Assembly (NCBI RefSeq): GCF_024502345.1
Contig: NZ_JALDNN010000001.1
Strand: one strand, 5' to 3'
Source: Escherichia coli
GTDB taxonomy: Bacteria; Pseudomonadota; Gammaproteobacteria; Enterobacterales; Enterobacteriaceae
DNA: 64,000 bases
Positions 21,996 through 32,865 of this stretch are shown piece by piece. A program made the position numbers and the translations under genes. The notes under the pieces were generated by a model. The model had not been told where the DNA came from, did no database searches, and was given only the letters and a program-made list of their open reading frames with translations. Every line of letters begins with the position of its first letter. Within the stretch, counting starts at the first letter, position 1.

Positions 21996-22079
21996 AATAA
22001 AAAAACCTGCTGGTGAGGCAGGTTCTTTTATTTACTACAGTGACGCTAACTTGCTGATTGTGCAACATTTCGTACCAAC
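21996..22079 (-). ncRNA. candidate Orz-like antitoxin sRNA (copy 2)
   Basis: same promoter/terminator architecture as copy 1 (-35 22109..22114, -10 22086..22091, hairpin 22006..22022). Confidence 0.55.
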
Positions 22080-22085
22080 GAATAA

Positions 22086-22136
22086 ATTATATCCATATCC
22101 ACACTCCATTGCAATTCAGTGAGTGAGATTTATAAT
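22086..22136. promoter_or_regulatory. divergent promoter pair sharing palindromic TTGCAA (copy 2)
   Basis: TTGCAA 22109..22114; plus-strand TATAAT 22131..22136; minus-strand TATAAT (rc) 22086..22091. Confidence 0.55.
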
Positions 22137-22317
22137 CCTGCCCGTTGGGAGGTTGTGCCGGATCGGACCAATTTTAAGTCCTGGCTGCCGGACGGGTGGT
22201 GCCGCAGGCGGTGCCCTGATCCGGAGAGCAACGTTTCGTACCAACATACGTAAACCAGTATCAACAGGCAGTGTAAGGGTAAGGTGCTGGTGTTGCGCTC
22301 CTTAATAAGGAGAGCGG

Positions 22318-22407
22318 ATGGACACGCTGACACAAAAGTTAACCGTGCTCATTGCCGTACTGGAGTTATTAGTGGCTCTGTTACGGTTGATTGATTTGTT
22401 GAAGTAA
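22318..22407 (+). CDS. type I toxin, 29 aa MDTLTQKLTVLIAVLELLVALLRLIDLLK (ZorO/ZorP-like)
   Basis: hand translation; differs from copy 1 by S3T; same RBS and leader structure. Confidence 0.7.
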   Translation: MDTLTQKLTVLIAVLELLVALLRLIDLLK

Positions 22408-22428
22408 CGGGCAAATTGAAACGCATCT

Positions 22429-22454
22429 AAGGGGGAATACCGTTTCCCCCTTTA
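22429..22454 (+). terminator. intrinsic terminator of toxin mRNA copy 2
   Basis: GGGGGAA-loop-TTCCCCC hairpin + T-run. Confidence 0.7.
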
Positions 22455-22516
22455 AGAAAGCTATACTCGTCATACTTCAAGTTGCATGTGCTGCGACTTT
22501 AATTATCTAGAGTATA

Positions 22517-22834
22517 TTATTCTATTTCTTGGTTGAATATATTCTGTAGTTCACGATTAAAAATTGCTATTACAGTTTCAGGTGATTCACCTCGTAATTT
22601 CCGCTCATCAATACACTCATCTCTTATATAAATCAACGCATCATTTATTAGCGGGTCAGCATCTTCTCGATCACGTTGATGAAATGTTGGATGTAGCCGG
22701 AATCGCTCCAGTCGATAGACGGAACCTGTAAATAATTCAGAGCATTTATGGATCTCAAGTCTGAAGGAAAACGGATCTTCAGGTACAGGGACCTCATAAT
22801 CGTAAATAGCAACTAGCTCTTTTTGCACGATCAT
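22517..22834 (-). CDS. yehK: hypothetical protein YehK
   Basis: 105-aa ORF in syntenic position. Confidence 0.7.
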   Translation of the reverse strand: MIVQKELVAIYDYEVPVPEDPFSFRLEIHKCSELFTGSVYRLERFRLHPTFHQRDREDADPLINDALIYIRDECIDERKLRGESPETVIAIFNRELQNIFNQEIE

Positions 22835-22894
22835 CGCTTTCCCCGCTGGTAAGTCGTGTAGATAACGGGCAGTCGCATCACTGCCCGCTGTGTT

Positions 22895-25102
22895 TTAATG
22901 GAAAATGACGTCAGGTGCGCTTAACGCCTCACTCAAATCAAACACATCAAGTTCGGCAAAAGTGACGGATTTATTGTCACGGTACACTCGAAGAGAACGG
23001 AAGCTCATTAGCGCTTTGCTATCAACATTGTAGTGGTTAAAACCGGGTGAAAACTTAAGGACCAGCCGGTACTCGCCCAGGTCATAGACAAATGCATCCT
23101 CATAGCCTGACTCCCAGCCTTTGTATCGCATTCCCATAAGCTGCCCAACGGTAGCGGATTTACCTTCCCAGCGAGTCAGGCTGTTACTGGTTGACTCGTC
23201 AGGTGTGAGCAGCACCGTGCACCGCGCCAACTGGCGAAAAGGCGGCATAATTTCGTAATCGGCAAAAAGCTGTGCAAATTCACTGCGCATTTCTACTGTC
23301 ATTTCTAACGGGTGGGCAATGCCAATCAGAGCGTCCGCAGGCAGGTCAATTGGCTCATCTTGCGCATTGCAGAACTCCCCCTCTGCGGCCACACGAAAGG
23401 CGTTGAGTAAACAACGCGGTTCATTTGCCGGATAAGCCCCCCATATTAATCGCTGGGTAACCAGACGGGTAAAGGGATGATTAACAAACAGAGAATGAAA
23501 ATCTGCCAGCGACCAGCGTCGGGTGGTACGTAGGGCCGTTTCAAGACGCGGGAGCAGGTTTTTGCTCACCTGAGTGGCATCTTTTTTTAGCCCTTTTAGT
23601 CGGGCCAGTGCCTCGGGCGCTTTCAGTTGATCGTCATCGGCGCGCAACCGGGGAACGCTTTTCTGGCGAACGTTTTGCTGATCAAAGATAACCGGGTTGA
23701 GGTTTTCATCGAAGCGAACGGTAAACTGCCGGGGACCAAAATCAAAACTCAACGCCTGCGGATCATCAAGGCCCAGGGTTGGGACTAATCTGTCCGCTAG
23801 CTCTTCCTGGCTTAGCCCGCGATTTTCTGCGACCACCTGAAGAAATTCCGCCGCGTTATCACGTAAGGGGCGGGATTTCGCCCGTTGCGATATATGATGC
23901 AGCTGTATCAGCGCCATATCATTATTCATCAGGGTAAGGATGTTCAGGCCACTGACAGCACGGGCAGATTTGCCTTCTTGTGGCCAGCCGAGGATCTGTG
24001 TCGTTAGATCCCGTGCCGTGCTTTCGTCACCAAAGAGACTTAACGCCAGAAATGCCCAGTTGTCTTTTACGGGGGCACCAGCTTGTTGCCACGCAGTGAA
24101 GAGATCCCAGGCAAAAGCTGCCAGCGTTTGTGGCTGGCAGAACGTTTTCAGTTGTTCCAGCCCGCTATAAAAACGTCCCCCCTGGGTAAAGCGCAGCATT
24201 TCGCCGATAATTTCCAGAGCGTCATCGGTAACAGGTTGATTATTAGTGATAAGGCGCGGCCTGGACCACATTTGCGGATGCCAGAAATCAGGGGCTTTTG
24301 GAATGCGTGCCGGGTAAATCTCTATTGGACTCTGTTTAAGTAATTGTTCCAGGGCAGGCCATAGATCTGTACGCTGCCAACGATTGGCTACAGTTTGTAG
24401 CAATTCGCCATGCCCATGTTCGTAAAGTAAACGCAGGGCAAGTAATGCAGCTTCGCTTTTATCGCTAGATTTGGTGAAGACAAGAGGGATAAGTGCAGTA
24501 GCCGTATGTTCCGGCCATTGTAAAATCCACTGGCGAGCCAGATTACGCTGGCCCGCAAAACGCTGCCAGCAGCTTTCCTCTGCCAGAGAGAGATGCTTAC
24601 GCAGTCGGAGATCGAATTCGTTATAGGTTTCTGAGCGATAACCATAGCCATAATCCTCGTCCTGATACTGCAATGTCACTACCAGAGGATCACTCTCATA
24701 ACACCGCGCAATAAACTGGCGTGCAATCACCACCTCAGTCGCATATTCCAGCCCCTCTTGTTGGACGATTTCGTCGAGCAACTGTTGGCTGTCATTTTGC
24801 GCGATACAGGCTAGCGCCGCCATTGTCCGGGGCGGGATTGAGGGTTTGTGTTCGCCGATCAAGTTGATGGCCTGCGTGATGGCGGACTGCCACTCCAGTG
24901 AAAAATTTTCATAACGCCAGACAATGTTTTTTTTCTTCTCAGCTTTTTGTAGCAATTCATCACCCAGTGTCTGAATGATGCTTTCAGTGATAACAGGCAC
25001 TGGTTCGCCCGGCCAATTGCGATGGCTGAGTGGTGTTTTACCATTTTTATATTTCAGTTCCAGTTGGGCGTTATCAGCCAGCCACGGTAATTCCTTGTCC
25101 AT
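22895..25102 (-). CDS. yehI: DUF4132-type protein, shortened paralog of MolR
   Basis: 735 aa; C-terminal region clearly paralogous to MolR (FHSLFVNHPFTRLVTQRLIWGAY vs FQLFLVEHPLVRHLTRRLIWGVY); starts 10 bp after molR stop. Confidence 0.75.
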   Translation of the reverse strand: MDKELPWLADNAQLELKYKNGKTPLSHRNWPGEPVPVITESIIQTLGDELLQKAEKKKNIVWRYENFSLEWQSAITQAINLIGEHKPSIPPRTMAALACIAQNDSQQLLDEIVQQEGLEYATEVVIARQFIARCYESDPLVVTLQYQDEDYGYGYRSETYNEFDLRLRKHLSLAEESCWQRFAGQRNLARQWILQWPEHTATALIPLVFTKSSDKSEAALLALRLLYEHGHGELLQTVANRWQRTDLWPALEQLLKQSPIEIYPARIPKAPDFWHPQMWSRPRLITNNQPVTDDALEIIGEMLRFTQGGRFYSGLEQLKTFCQPQTLAAFAWDLFTAWQQAGAPVKDNWAFLALSLFGDESTARDLTTQILGWPQEGKSARAVSGLNILTLMNNDMALIQLHHISQRAKSRPLRDNAAEFLQVVAENRGLSQEELADRLVPTLGLDDPQALSFDFGPRQFTVRFDENLNPVIFDQQNVRQKSVPRLRADDDQLKAPEALARLKGLKKDATQVSKNLLPRLETALRTTRRWSLADFHSLFVNHPFTRLVTQRLIWGAYPANEPRCLLNAFRVAAEGEFCNAQDEPIDLPADALIGIAHPLEMTVEMRSEFAQLFADYEIMPPFRQLARCTVLLTPDESTSNSLTRWEGKSATVGQLMGMRYKGWESGYEDAFVYDLGEYRLVLKFSPGFNHYNVDSKALMSFRSLRVYRDNKSVTFAELDVFDLSEALSAPDVIFH

Positions 25103-25111
25103 GCTCTTTCC

Positions 25112-28100
25112 TTATTCAAACAGGGCTTCAATATCGTTAATTAGCTCGCTGGCGGTGATGGCATCGAGTACGGAGAGCTGCGCTTCCTGTGTTGAATTAC
25201 TCCCCCAGCCATAGCTTTCCGCTTTGCCTTCCCATAGCCACAGCTTGCTTAAGAGCTGCTCAGCGCTAAGTTCGGCTGGTGACATACCCACTGCAAAGCC
25301 TTCATCGATTTCCATGATTAACGACCAGCGGCCCAGAGGTTTGATCATCCAGCCGATCCAGCCTCCATCCTGTGGTTCGCCCTTTATCCAGCCTTTATTC
25401 GCCAGCCCCATTACCCGACCGCTCGGGCATTTTCTGCTTGCCCAGCGGGTCAGTTCGCTGGCATTGCGCTCGGTTTCTGTCAGGGCGTAACTGTTACGGT
25501 CGAGCTGGCGGAACGGCGGTAGCAGTTCGTAGTCGGCAAAAAGCTGCCCAAATGCGGCGGCATCCGTCGGTGATATTTCCAGAACGTGAGGAATACCAAC
25601 AGAGATATCGCCTTCCGGCAGGGTGAAAAGATCATCGTCAGCGGTGCTGTAGCTGTTATCTTCCGCTACGCGAAAGCAAGCCAGTAGCTGGTTTTCGGCG
25701 CTATAAACACCCCAAATCAGACGGCGGGTTAAGTGGCGAACCAACGGATGCTCAACCAGGAAGAGCTGGAAGTTTTCCGGCGACCAGCGGCGGCGCAGGC
25801 ACATGGCGGATTCCAGCCTTGCTACCTGCTGGGCGGCGACGGTACGCGCATCTTTTTTCAGCAATTTGTAGCGGTTAACCGCATCGTTCGCCTGTGATTC
25901 ATCATCGCTTTTATTGGGTTTAGGTAAGTCTTTCAGGCGGCTGCCGGAAACATCACGCACAAACGGTTTTAAGGTTTCATCAAAGCTGACGGTGAACTGG
26001 CGTGGGCCAAAATCCAGCAGCAACGAACCGTTATCATCCAGACCGAGATCCGGTGCTAACCGATCTTCAAGCTCCGCCACTGTCAGTTCGCGACTTTCGG
26101 CAATGTCGGCAATTTTCTCTTTCGCCCGCTCCTGTAATGCTTTGAATTTCAGTTTCTGGGCAATGCCGTTAAGCTGCATCAGGGCGATATCACTACCGAT
26201 AGCGGCGAGAATATCCAACCCAACGGTGGCGCGTTTATGCTGAGATTCGCCAGGCCAGGCGCGGATTAATGGCGTCAGTTTGCGGGCGGTGTCATCGTTG
26301 CCGAGAACACCTAACGCAATGAACGCCCAGCTTTCTTTCGATGGCGCGCCCGCAGTCAGCCAGGCGGTAAACAGATCCCAGGCAAATTCAGCCAGTGAGT
26401 CGGCGGTACAGGCATCTTTCACCTGCAATAATCCCGGATACAGAGCCTCTTCCTGAGGGAAGCGGAGCATTTCACCGAGGTGCTGGAGTGCGCTATCGGG
26501 CAGTGATTGGGCGTTTGCTTTTAATACCGGGCGCGTCCAGAGCGATGGCTGATAAAAGGCCGGAAGAGTGGGGATTTTTGTCGGGTGATTATCTAAGGGA
26601 TCGAGCGCAAGCAGAGCGTTCACCGCGTCTGTTACTTCCGGCTGGTTATAACGCCGGGCGATTTCTTGCAGTAATGGCTGATGACCATTTTCGGTAAGCA
26701 TACGCAAGGCAGCGCGGGCGTTATCCTGTGCTTCACCGGCTTTGCCGAGCGCCGCAGGCAGCAGGCCGGTAAGGGCATGTTCCGGGTATTTCAGCAGCCA
26801 GGTGCGGGCGTCTTGTCGTAGGGTTTTGAGTTTGTTGAAGGCGCGGGCGACGGCAGGAGCTAGCTCACTCGCTGCGAAGTAATTCGTGATGGGCAAGGCT
26901 TCCTGCGGATAGCGTGTAATTGAGTTAACTAAACCAGGTAAACCTTTGAGTCCAAAATGTAACATGGCGTATTCGGTATCGGTATGTGGAGATAGAGTAA
27001 GGGCATTCCATGCTTTTACTGCTTTCTCCAGCGGCAATGTTGTCAAAATCCCCAAATGCCAATAATGCCCGGTAGGTGAATGAAACACCTTAAATTCACT
27101 TATTAAGGTTGAATAATCTTCATTTAGCCATGCCTCAACTACCGCTTCGGGAGCTTTAATATATGTACCAGCGATCCGTCGTTGAAAACCCATCCTTGCC
27201 AACAGGTTGGTAGTACTTTCTTCATGGCTAACCGTGATGTGTTGTGAATACCAGATATATTTCGCCAAAAGTTGATTACTGATTTCTTCTGTCATATAAC
27301 AGATTGGCTCAATGCCTAATGGCGCTAAATCCAGCACCGGAATCGGCGATTTTTTCTTTTTCGAAAGCCATGGTGGGGAGACTACTATGGCAGGCAGTAG
27401 ATCGGCGCAGGCATGGTTTGAGGGCTGTGTCAGTTGTTGCTGGCATGATTTCAGTACGGCAACTGCGGGTGTCGAGAGCCAGGGAAGGACCTGTTCTGCC
27501 AGTGCTGGTTGTGAGATAAGCATTGTCATTAGCATAATGCGCCAACTGTTCTCTTCTTTTTGCCCAAGAAGTTCCGTCAGTGCCGCCATTGCTGCATGTG
27601 GGAACGCAGCAATGGCTTTCGTCATCCGATCGTGACAGCGTTTAGTTTGCCCGGCTACACGTATAAGCAGTGTCAATGCGACCGGATGATTGATATGACG
27701 CAACACATCGGCGCAGTAGTCACTTGCGGCATAGGGAGCAAATCGGGGCAGGGCTGCAACACCTTGCTCCTGTAATACGGTGGCTGACCATATCGCACCA
27801 CAATAGTAATCATCAAAAATGGCATATGGCTCGTGATATTTTTCTAATGAGGCAAGAATGTGCTCATCAGTCGCCACTATTTTTAACCACTCAAGCGAGG
27901 GTAATTTTTTTTGCCCCAGTAGACGCTGGGCAATTTCATGTGCAATTTCTGGTTTTTCGGGTAATAACAAAGCAATTAATGGTTGCCGCCATTCTGGAAT
28001 ATGTGGAATTGCGGCAATAAGTTTTTGTGCACATTTTTGCCAGAGAGACTCTTCCGCCAGTGATAAATGTTTACGTAGGCGTAATTCAAATCTGGAATAT

Positions 28101-28906
28101 TGCTCCAAGTAGTTAGGTGCAATGCCAGACGGCAGAATAATAATGACATTATTCGCATAATCCCATTCAATATCAATCTGTTGAAGGTGTATTATTACAT
28201 CAGTAGCATATGCCAGACCGCCTTCCTGGACGATCTGATCCATAACATCCTCACGCACTTTATATCTTGTGCATTTCATTTCAAGTGCCGTGAGTACAGC
28301 CATTACTGGTGATGGTAACTGTGTTGTTTTCAGGCCGTCGATCTGACTGATCGCCTGGGCGACGGTGTTTTGCCATTCTAAAGAACAGGCGCTGAAGTCA
28401 AATGTGGCTGTTTTATTATCCCGTTGCGACACACTACAGGCTAAGCGACGTAAGTGGGTCAATTTGTCTGCTTGCTGAACAGGAACTTCGGGAAAGCGGC
28501 GATGGCTTAACGTGGTGTGTACAACTTCGGGCGGAAAAACGACAGCAATATCTTTCGCCAGCCACGGTAAAACAGCATCTGTATTTTTGTCAGCCGCACG
28601 GGTTTCTGCTACGAAAGAGGGTTGTTCCTGAATAATGGTGGATAAGTCCGCTACCTTGAGAGAGCCCGTTACCGTTTGGGAAGGTTGCAAAGAATTATCC
28701 TTCGCTTGCTCCATATATCCCTTCTTCACCTTCTCCGCAATCAGCTTCAGTTCCGCTTTTGCCGCCGCTGCAGCATCTGCAAAGCTTTTTACCTGACTTT
28801 GCCCGTTAGTGCCGACTTTACCCCAGTTGATATGCAGCTCGTTGTCTTGCTGCTCCACCGCCCAGAATTTATGTGATTTTTCGTCCTGATAGATATAACT
28901 CTTCAT
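25112..28906 (-). CDS. molR: WGR-domain / DUF4132 protein MolR, intact 1264 aa
   Basis: N-terminal WGR-like motif (KFWAVEQQDNELHINWGKVG); internal duplicated modules; single uninterrupted ORF. Confidence 0.8.
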   Translation of the reverse strand: MKSYIYQDEKSHKFWAVEQQDNELHINWGKVGTNGQSQVKSFADAAAAAKAELKLIAEKVKKGYMEQAKDNSLQPSQTVTGSLKVADLSTIIQEQPSFVAETRAADKNTDAVLPWLAKDIAVVFPPEVVHTTLSHRRFPEVPVQQADKLTHLRRLACSVSQRDNKTATFDFSACSLEWQNTVAQAISQIDGLKTTQLPSPVMAVLTALEMKCTRYKVREDVMDQIVQEGGLAYATDVIIHLQQIDIEWDYANNVIIILPSGIAPNYLEQYSRFELRLRKHLSLAEESLWQKCAQKLIAAIPHIPEWRQPLIALLLPEKPEIAHEIAQRLLGQKKLPSLEWLKIVATDEHILASLEKYHEPYAIFDDYYCGAIWSATVLQEQGVAALPRFAPYAASDYCADVLRHINHPVALTLLIRVAGQTKRCHDRMTKAIAAFPHAAMAALTELLGQKEENSWRIMLMTMLISQPALAEQVLPWLSTPAVAVLKSCQQQLTQPSNHACADLLPAIVVSPPWLSKKKKSPIPVLDLAPLGIEPICYMTEEISNQLLAKYIWYSQHITVSHEESTTNLLARMGFQRRIAGTYIKAPEAVVEAWLNEDYSTLISEFKVFHSPTGHYWHLGILTTLPLEKAVKAWNALTLSPHTDTEYAMLHFGLKGLPGLVNSITRYPQEALPITNYFAASELAPAVARAFNKLKTLRQDARTWLLKYPEHALTGLLPAALGKAGEAQDNARAALRMLTENGHQPLLQEIARRYNQPEVTDAVNALLALDPLDNHPTKIPTLPAFYQPSLWTRPVLKANAQSLPDSALQHLGEMLRFPQEEALYPGLLQVKDACTADSLAEFAWDLFTAWLTAGAPSKESWAFIALGVLGNDDTARKLTPLIRAWPGESQHKRATVGLDILAAIGSDIALMQLNGIAQKLKFKALQERAKEKIADIAESRELTVAELEDRLAPDLGLDDNGSLLLDFGPRQFTVSFDETLKPFVRDVSGSRLKDLPKPNKSDDESQANDAVNRYKLLKKDARTVAAQQVARLESAMCLRRRWSPENFQLFLVEHPLVRHLTRRLIWGVYSAENQLLACFRVAEDNSYSTADDDLFTLPEGDISVGIPHVLEISPTDAAAFGQLFADYELLPPFRQLDRNSYALTETERNASELTRWASRKCPSGRVMGLANKGWIKGEPQDGGWIGWMIKPLGRWSLIMEIDEGFAVGMSPAELSAEQLLSKLWLWEGKAESYGWGSNSTQEAQLSVLDAITASELINDIEALFE

Positions 28907-29009
28907 CCGCGTTTCCTGTATTTATATCCAGTTATAAGCGGATGCTAGCAGTTAATGAAAAAAATTAAGAGCGTTGAACAAACAAGAAAACAACTTTAGG
29001 AATTTATAA

Positions 29010-29037
29010 AGAAAAGGCGCTGTCGATGCAGCGCCTT
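29010..29037 (-). terminator. intrinsic terminator downstream of metG
   Basis: 9-bp stem AAGGCGCTG/CAGCGCCTT followed by T-rich tract on minus strand. Confidence 0.65.
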
Positions 29038-29046
29038 GAAGGGGGA

Positions 29047-31080
29047 TTATTTCACCTGATGACCCGGTTTAGCACCAGCATCCGGGCTTAGCAGGAAAAT
29101 ATCTTTCCCGCCAGGACCGGCAGCCATCACCATGCCTTCGGAGATACCGAAGCGCATTTTACGTGGTGCCAGGTTAGCCACCATAATGGTGTGACGACCA
29201 ATCAGTGCCTGCGGATCCGGGTAAGCAGAACGAATGCCGGAGAAGACATTACGCTTTTCGCCGCCGAGATCCAGCGTCAGGCGTAGCAGTTTGTCAGAAC
29301 CTTCAACAAACTCTGCGTTTTCAATCAGCGCCACGCGCAGGTCAACTTTGGCGAAGTCGTCAAAGGTGATGGTTTCCTGAATCGGATCATCTGCCAGCGG
29401 GCCAGTTACCGGCGCGGCAGCTGCTTTCACTTCTTCTTTAGACGCTTCCACCAGTGCTTCAACCTGCTTCATATCTATGCGGTTATACAGCGCCTTGAAC
29501 GGATTCACTTTATGGCCCAGCAGCGGTTGCTGGATACCATCCCAGGTCAGTTCCGTATTAAGGAATGCTTCTGCGCGCTCGGTCAGTTTCGGCAGTACCG
29601 GCTTCAGGTAAGTCATCAGCACGCGGAACAGGTTTATGCCCATTGAGCAAATTGCCTGCAGGTCGGCATCGCGGCCTTCCTGTTTCGCTACCACCCACGG
29701 AGCCTGTTCATCGACATAGCGGTTAGCCAGATCAGCCAGCGCCATGATTTCGCGCACTGCTTTACCAAATTCGCGGCTTTCCCACGCTTCACCAATCACT
29801 TCAGCGGCATCAGTGAAGGTTCTGTACAACTGCGGGTCAGCCAGTTCGCTTGCCAGCACGCCGTCAAAACGCTTGTTGATAAAGCCCGCGTTGCGGGAGG
29901 CCAGGTTAACCACTTTGTTCACGATATCGGCATTCACGCGCTGAACGAAATCTTCCAGGTTGAGATCGATATCATCAATGCGCGAAGAGAGTTTCGCAGT
30001 GTAGTAGTAACGCAGGCTGTCGGCGTCAAAATGATTCAGCCAGGTGCTGGCTTTAATAAAGGTACCGCGAGACTTAGACATCTTCGCGCCGTTCACCGTC
30101 ACATAGCCATGAACAAACAGGTTGGTCGGCTTGCGGAAGTTGCTGCCTTCCAGCATTGCTGGCCAGAACAGACTGTGGAAGTAAACAATATCTTTACCGA
30201 TGAAGTGGTACAGCTCGGCGGTGGAGTCTTTCTTCCAGTATTCATCGAAGCTTACGCTGTCGCCGCGCTTGTCGCACAGATTCTTGAAAGAACCCATATA
30301 GCCAATCGGCGCATCTAGCCAGACGTAGAAATATTTACCCGGCGCGTTCGGAATTTCAAAACCGAAGTACGGCGCGTCGCGGGAGATATCCCACTGTTGC
30401 AGGCCAGATTCAAACCACTCCTGCATTTTATTTGCCACCTGCTCCTGCAACGCACCGCTGCGGGTCCATGCCTGCAACATTTCGCTGAAAGAGGGCAGAT
30501 CAAAGAAGAAGTGTTCAGAATCACGCATTACCGGCGTAGCGCCAGAAACCACCGATTTCGGCTCGATCAATTCAGTCGGGCTGTAGGTCGCGCCGCAGAC
30601 TTCGCAGTTATCGCCGTATTGATCCGGGGATTTACATTTCGGGCAGGTGCCTTTTACAAAACGGTCCGGCAGGAACATGCCTTTTTCCGGATCGTACAGC
30701 TGAGAGATGGTGCGGTTTTTAATAAAACCGTTTTCTTTCAGGCGAGAGTAGATAAGTTCTGACAACTGGCGGTTCTCTTCGCTGTGCGTCGAGTGATAGT
30801 TGTCATAGCTGATGTTAAAGCCTGCGAAATCAGTCTGATGCTCCTGACTCATTTCGCCAATCATCTGCTCCGGGGTGATACCAAGCTGCTGAGCTTTCAG
30901 CATGATCGGTGTACCGTGGGCATCGTCGGCGCAGATGAAGTTGACCTCGTGGCCGCGCATTCGCTGGTAACGGACCCAGACATCAGCCTGGATGTGCTCC
31001 AGCATATGGCCGAGGTGGATTGAGCCGTTAGCGTACGGCAGTGCGCACGTCACCAGAATTTTCTTCGCGACTTGAGTCAT
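29047..31080 (-). CDS. metG: methionyl-tRNA synthetase
   Basis: HIGH motif ([10 protein letters not shown]), KMSKS, C-terminal tRNA-binding domain; 677 aa from [11 protein letters not shown]. Confidence 0.95.
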   Translation of the reverse strand: MTQVAKKILVTCALPYANGSIHLGHMLEHIQADVWVRYQRMRGHEVNFICADDAHGTPIMLKAQQLGITPEQMIGEMSQEHQTDFAGFNISYDNYHSTHSEENRQLSELIYSRLKENGFIKNRTISQLYDPEKGMFLPDRFVKGTCPKCKSPDQYGDNCEVCGATYSPTELIEPKSVVSGATPVMRDSEHFFFDLPSFSEMLQAWTRSGALQEQVANKMQEWFESGLQQWDISRDAPYFGFEIPNAPGKYFYVWLDAPIGYMGSFKNLCDKRGDSVSFDEYWKKDSTAELYHFIGKDIVYFHSLFWPAMLEGSNFRKPTNLFVHGYVTVNGAKMSKSRGTFIKASTWLNHFDADSLRYYYTAKLSSRIDDIDLNLEDFVQRVNADIVNKVVNLASRNAGFINKRFDGVLASELADPQLYRTFTDAAEVIGEAWESREFGKAVREIMALADLANRYVDEQAPWVVAKQEGRDADLQAICSMGINLFRVLMTYLKPVLPKLTERAEAFLNTELTWDGIQQPLLGHKVNPFKALYNRIDMKQVEALVEASKEEVKAAAAPVTGPLADDPIQETITFDDFAKVDLRVALIENAEFVEGSDKLLRLTLDLGGEKRNVFSGIRSAYPDPQALIGRHTIMVANLAPRKMRFGISEGMVMAAGPGGKDIFLLSPDAGAKPGHQVK

Positions 31081-31211
31081 AGTAGGCATTACTTCTTAAT
31101 AGTGAAAAGGGGTTAGATAGTACCAAATGGGAAAATGTTAAGTAAGTACTTCTCTATATTCTTCAGGTAAACTATCAGCTGATGGTTTATCTATACAAAA
31201 AAGGAGTCGGG

Positions 31212-32321
31212 ATGAACGAACAATCCCAGGCCAAATCACCAGAAGCCTTGCGCGCAATGGTCGCCGGGACACTGGCCAATTTTCAGCACCCAACCCTGAA
31301 GCATAACCTCACCACGCTGAAAGCGTTGCACCATGTCGCCTGGATGGACGACACGTTGCATGTGGAACTGGTTATGCCATTCGTCTGGCATAGCGCGTTT
31401 GAAGAGTTAAAAGAGCAATGTAGCGCCGAACTGCTGCGTATCACCGGGGCGAAAGCTATCGACTGGAAACTGTCGCACAATATCGCCACCTTAAAACGCG
31501 TGAAGAATCAGCCGGGTATTAATGGCGTGAAGAACATCATTGCGGTCAGTTCCGGTAAAGGCGGCGTGGGTAAATCCTCCACGGCGGTAAACCTGGCGCT
31601 GGCACTGGCGGCGGAAGGGGCGAAAGTCGGCATTCTGGACGCCGATATCTACGGCCCATCAATTCCCACCATGCTGGGCGCAGAAAATCAGCGTCCAACT
31701 TCGCCGGACGGTACCCATATGGCACCGATTATGTCTCATGGCCTGGCAACCAATTCAATTGGTTATCTGGTCACTGACGACAATGCGATGGTGTGGCGTG
31801 GACCGATGGCGAGCAAGGCGTTAATGCAGATGCTGCAGGAAACCTTGTGGCCGGATCTCGACTATCTGGTGCTTGATATGCCGCCAGGCACCGGTGACAT
31901 TCAATTGACGCTGGCGCAAAACATTCCAGTAACTGGTGCAGTCGTGGTCACCACCCCGCAGGACATCGCGTTGATCGATGCGAAAAAAGGCATTGTGATG
32001 TTCGAGAAAGTCGAGGTTCCGGTGCTCGGTATTGTCGAGAACATGAGTGTGCATATTTGCAGTAACTGTGGTCACCATGAACCGATTTTCGGTACCGGTG
32101 GTGCAGAGAAACTGGCTGAAAAATACCATACACAGCTGCTGGGGCAGATGCCGTTACACATCTCCTTACGTGAGGATCTCGATAAAGGCACGCCAACGGT
32201 TATCAGCCGTCCGGAGAGCGAATTTACCGCTATCTACCGCCAGCTGGCTGACCGCGTTGCAGCTCAGCTCTACTGGCAGGGTGAAGTCATTCCAGGCGAG
32301 ATTTCCTTCCGCGCGGTCTAA
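31212..32321 (+). CDS. mrp: Fe-S cluster carrier ATPase Mrp/ApbC
   Basis: deviant Walker A SGKGGVGKSS, CxxC motif; 369 aa from MNEQSQ. Confidence 0.9.
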   Translation: MNEQSQAKSPEALRAMVAGTLANFQHPTLKHNLTTLKALHHVAWMDDTLHVELVMPFVWHSAFEELKEQCSAELLRITGAKAIDWKLSHNIATLKRVKNQPGINGVKNIIAVSSGKGGVGKSSTAVNLALALAAEGAKVGILDADIYGPSIPTMLGAENQRPTSPDGTHMAPIMSHGLATNSIGYLVTDDNAMVWRGPMASKALMQMLQETLWPDLDYLVLDMPPGTGDIQLTLAQNIPVTGAVVVTTPQDIALIDAKKGIVMFEKVEVPVLGIVENMSVHICSNCGHHEPIFGTGGAEKLAEKYHTQLLGQMPLHISLREDLDKGTPTVISRPESEFTAIYRQLADRVAAQLYWQGEVIPGEISFRAV

Positions 32322-32583
32322 CGCCTATTAACCATTCTGGTTATTCTTCATACACCGCAGAGATGTTATATTGATGCGGTGTATTTGTTTTTGCCGCATT
32401 AATGAACACTTATTTAATACTGCGAATATTCTGCGGACCTTCGTCCGAAACTCTACAAAGTCGATTGATCGTACAGGCAATGCTTCATTATCATCCTTCG
32501 TGGCTGTGTAGTGGATGTACAGCTATAGTTTGTTATGCACTCATTCTATCCAGGCATAACCTTTACTACAGGGATAACGTTCA

Positions 32584-32865
32584 ATGAATAAGTATTGGCT
32601 GTCAGGAATTATTTTTCTTGCCTATGGATTGGCTTCTCCCGCGTTCTCTTCAGAGACTGCAACATTAACCATCAATGGCAGAATTAGTTCCCCTACATGC
32701 AGTATGGATGTTGTTAATAATCATCTTCAGCAACGTTGTGGGCAGTTGTTACAACGAGTTGAAACCAACTATCGTGCTTCTTCTACTGCAAAAGGCGTTA
32801 CGACAGAAGTGGTAACTGTGGGTAATAACGACAAACGCAAAATCGTGTTAAATCGCTACGATTAA
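32584..32865 (+). CDS. yehE: small secreted protein YehE
   Basis: 93 aa with signal peptide, upstream of yehD. Confidence 0.7.
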   Translation: MNKYWLSGIIFLAYGLASPAFSSETATLTINGRISSPTCSMDVVNNHLQQRCGQLLQRVETNYRASSTAKGVTTEVVTVGNNDKRKIVLNRYD

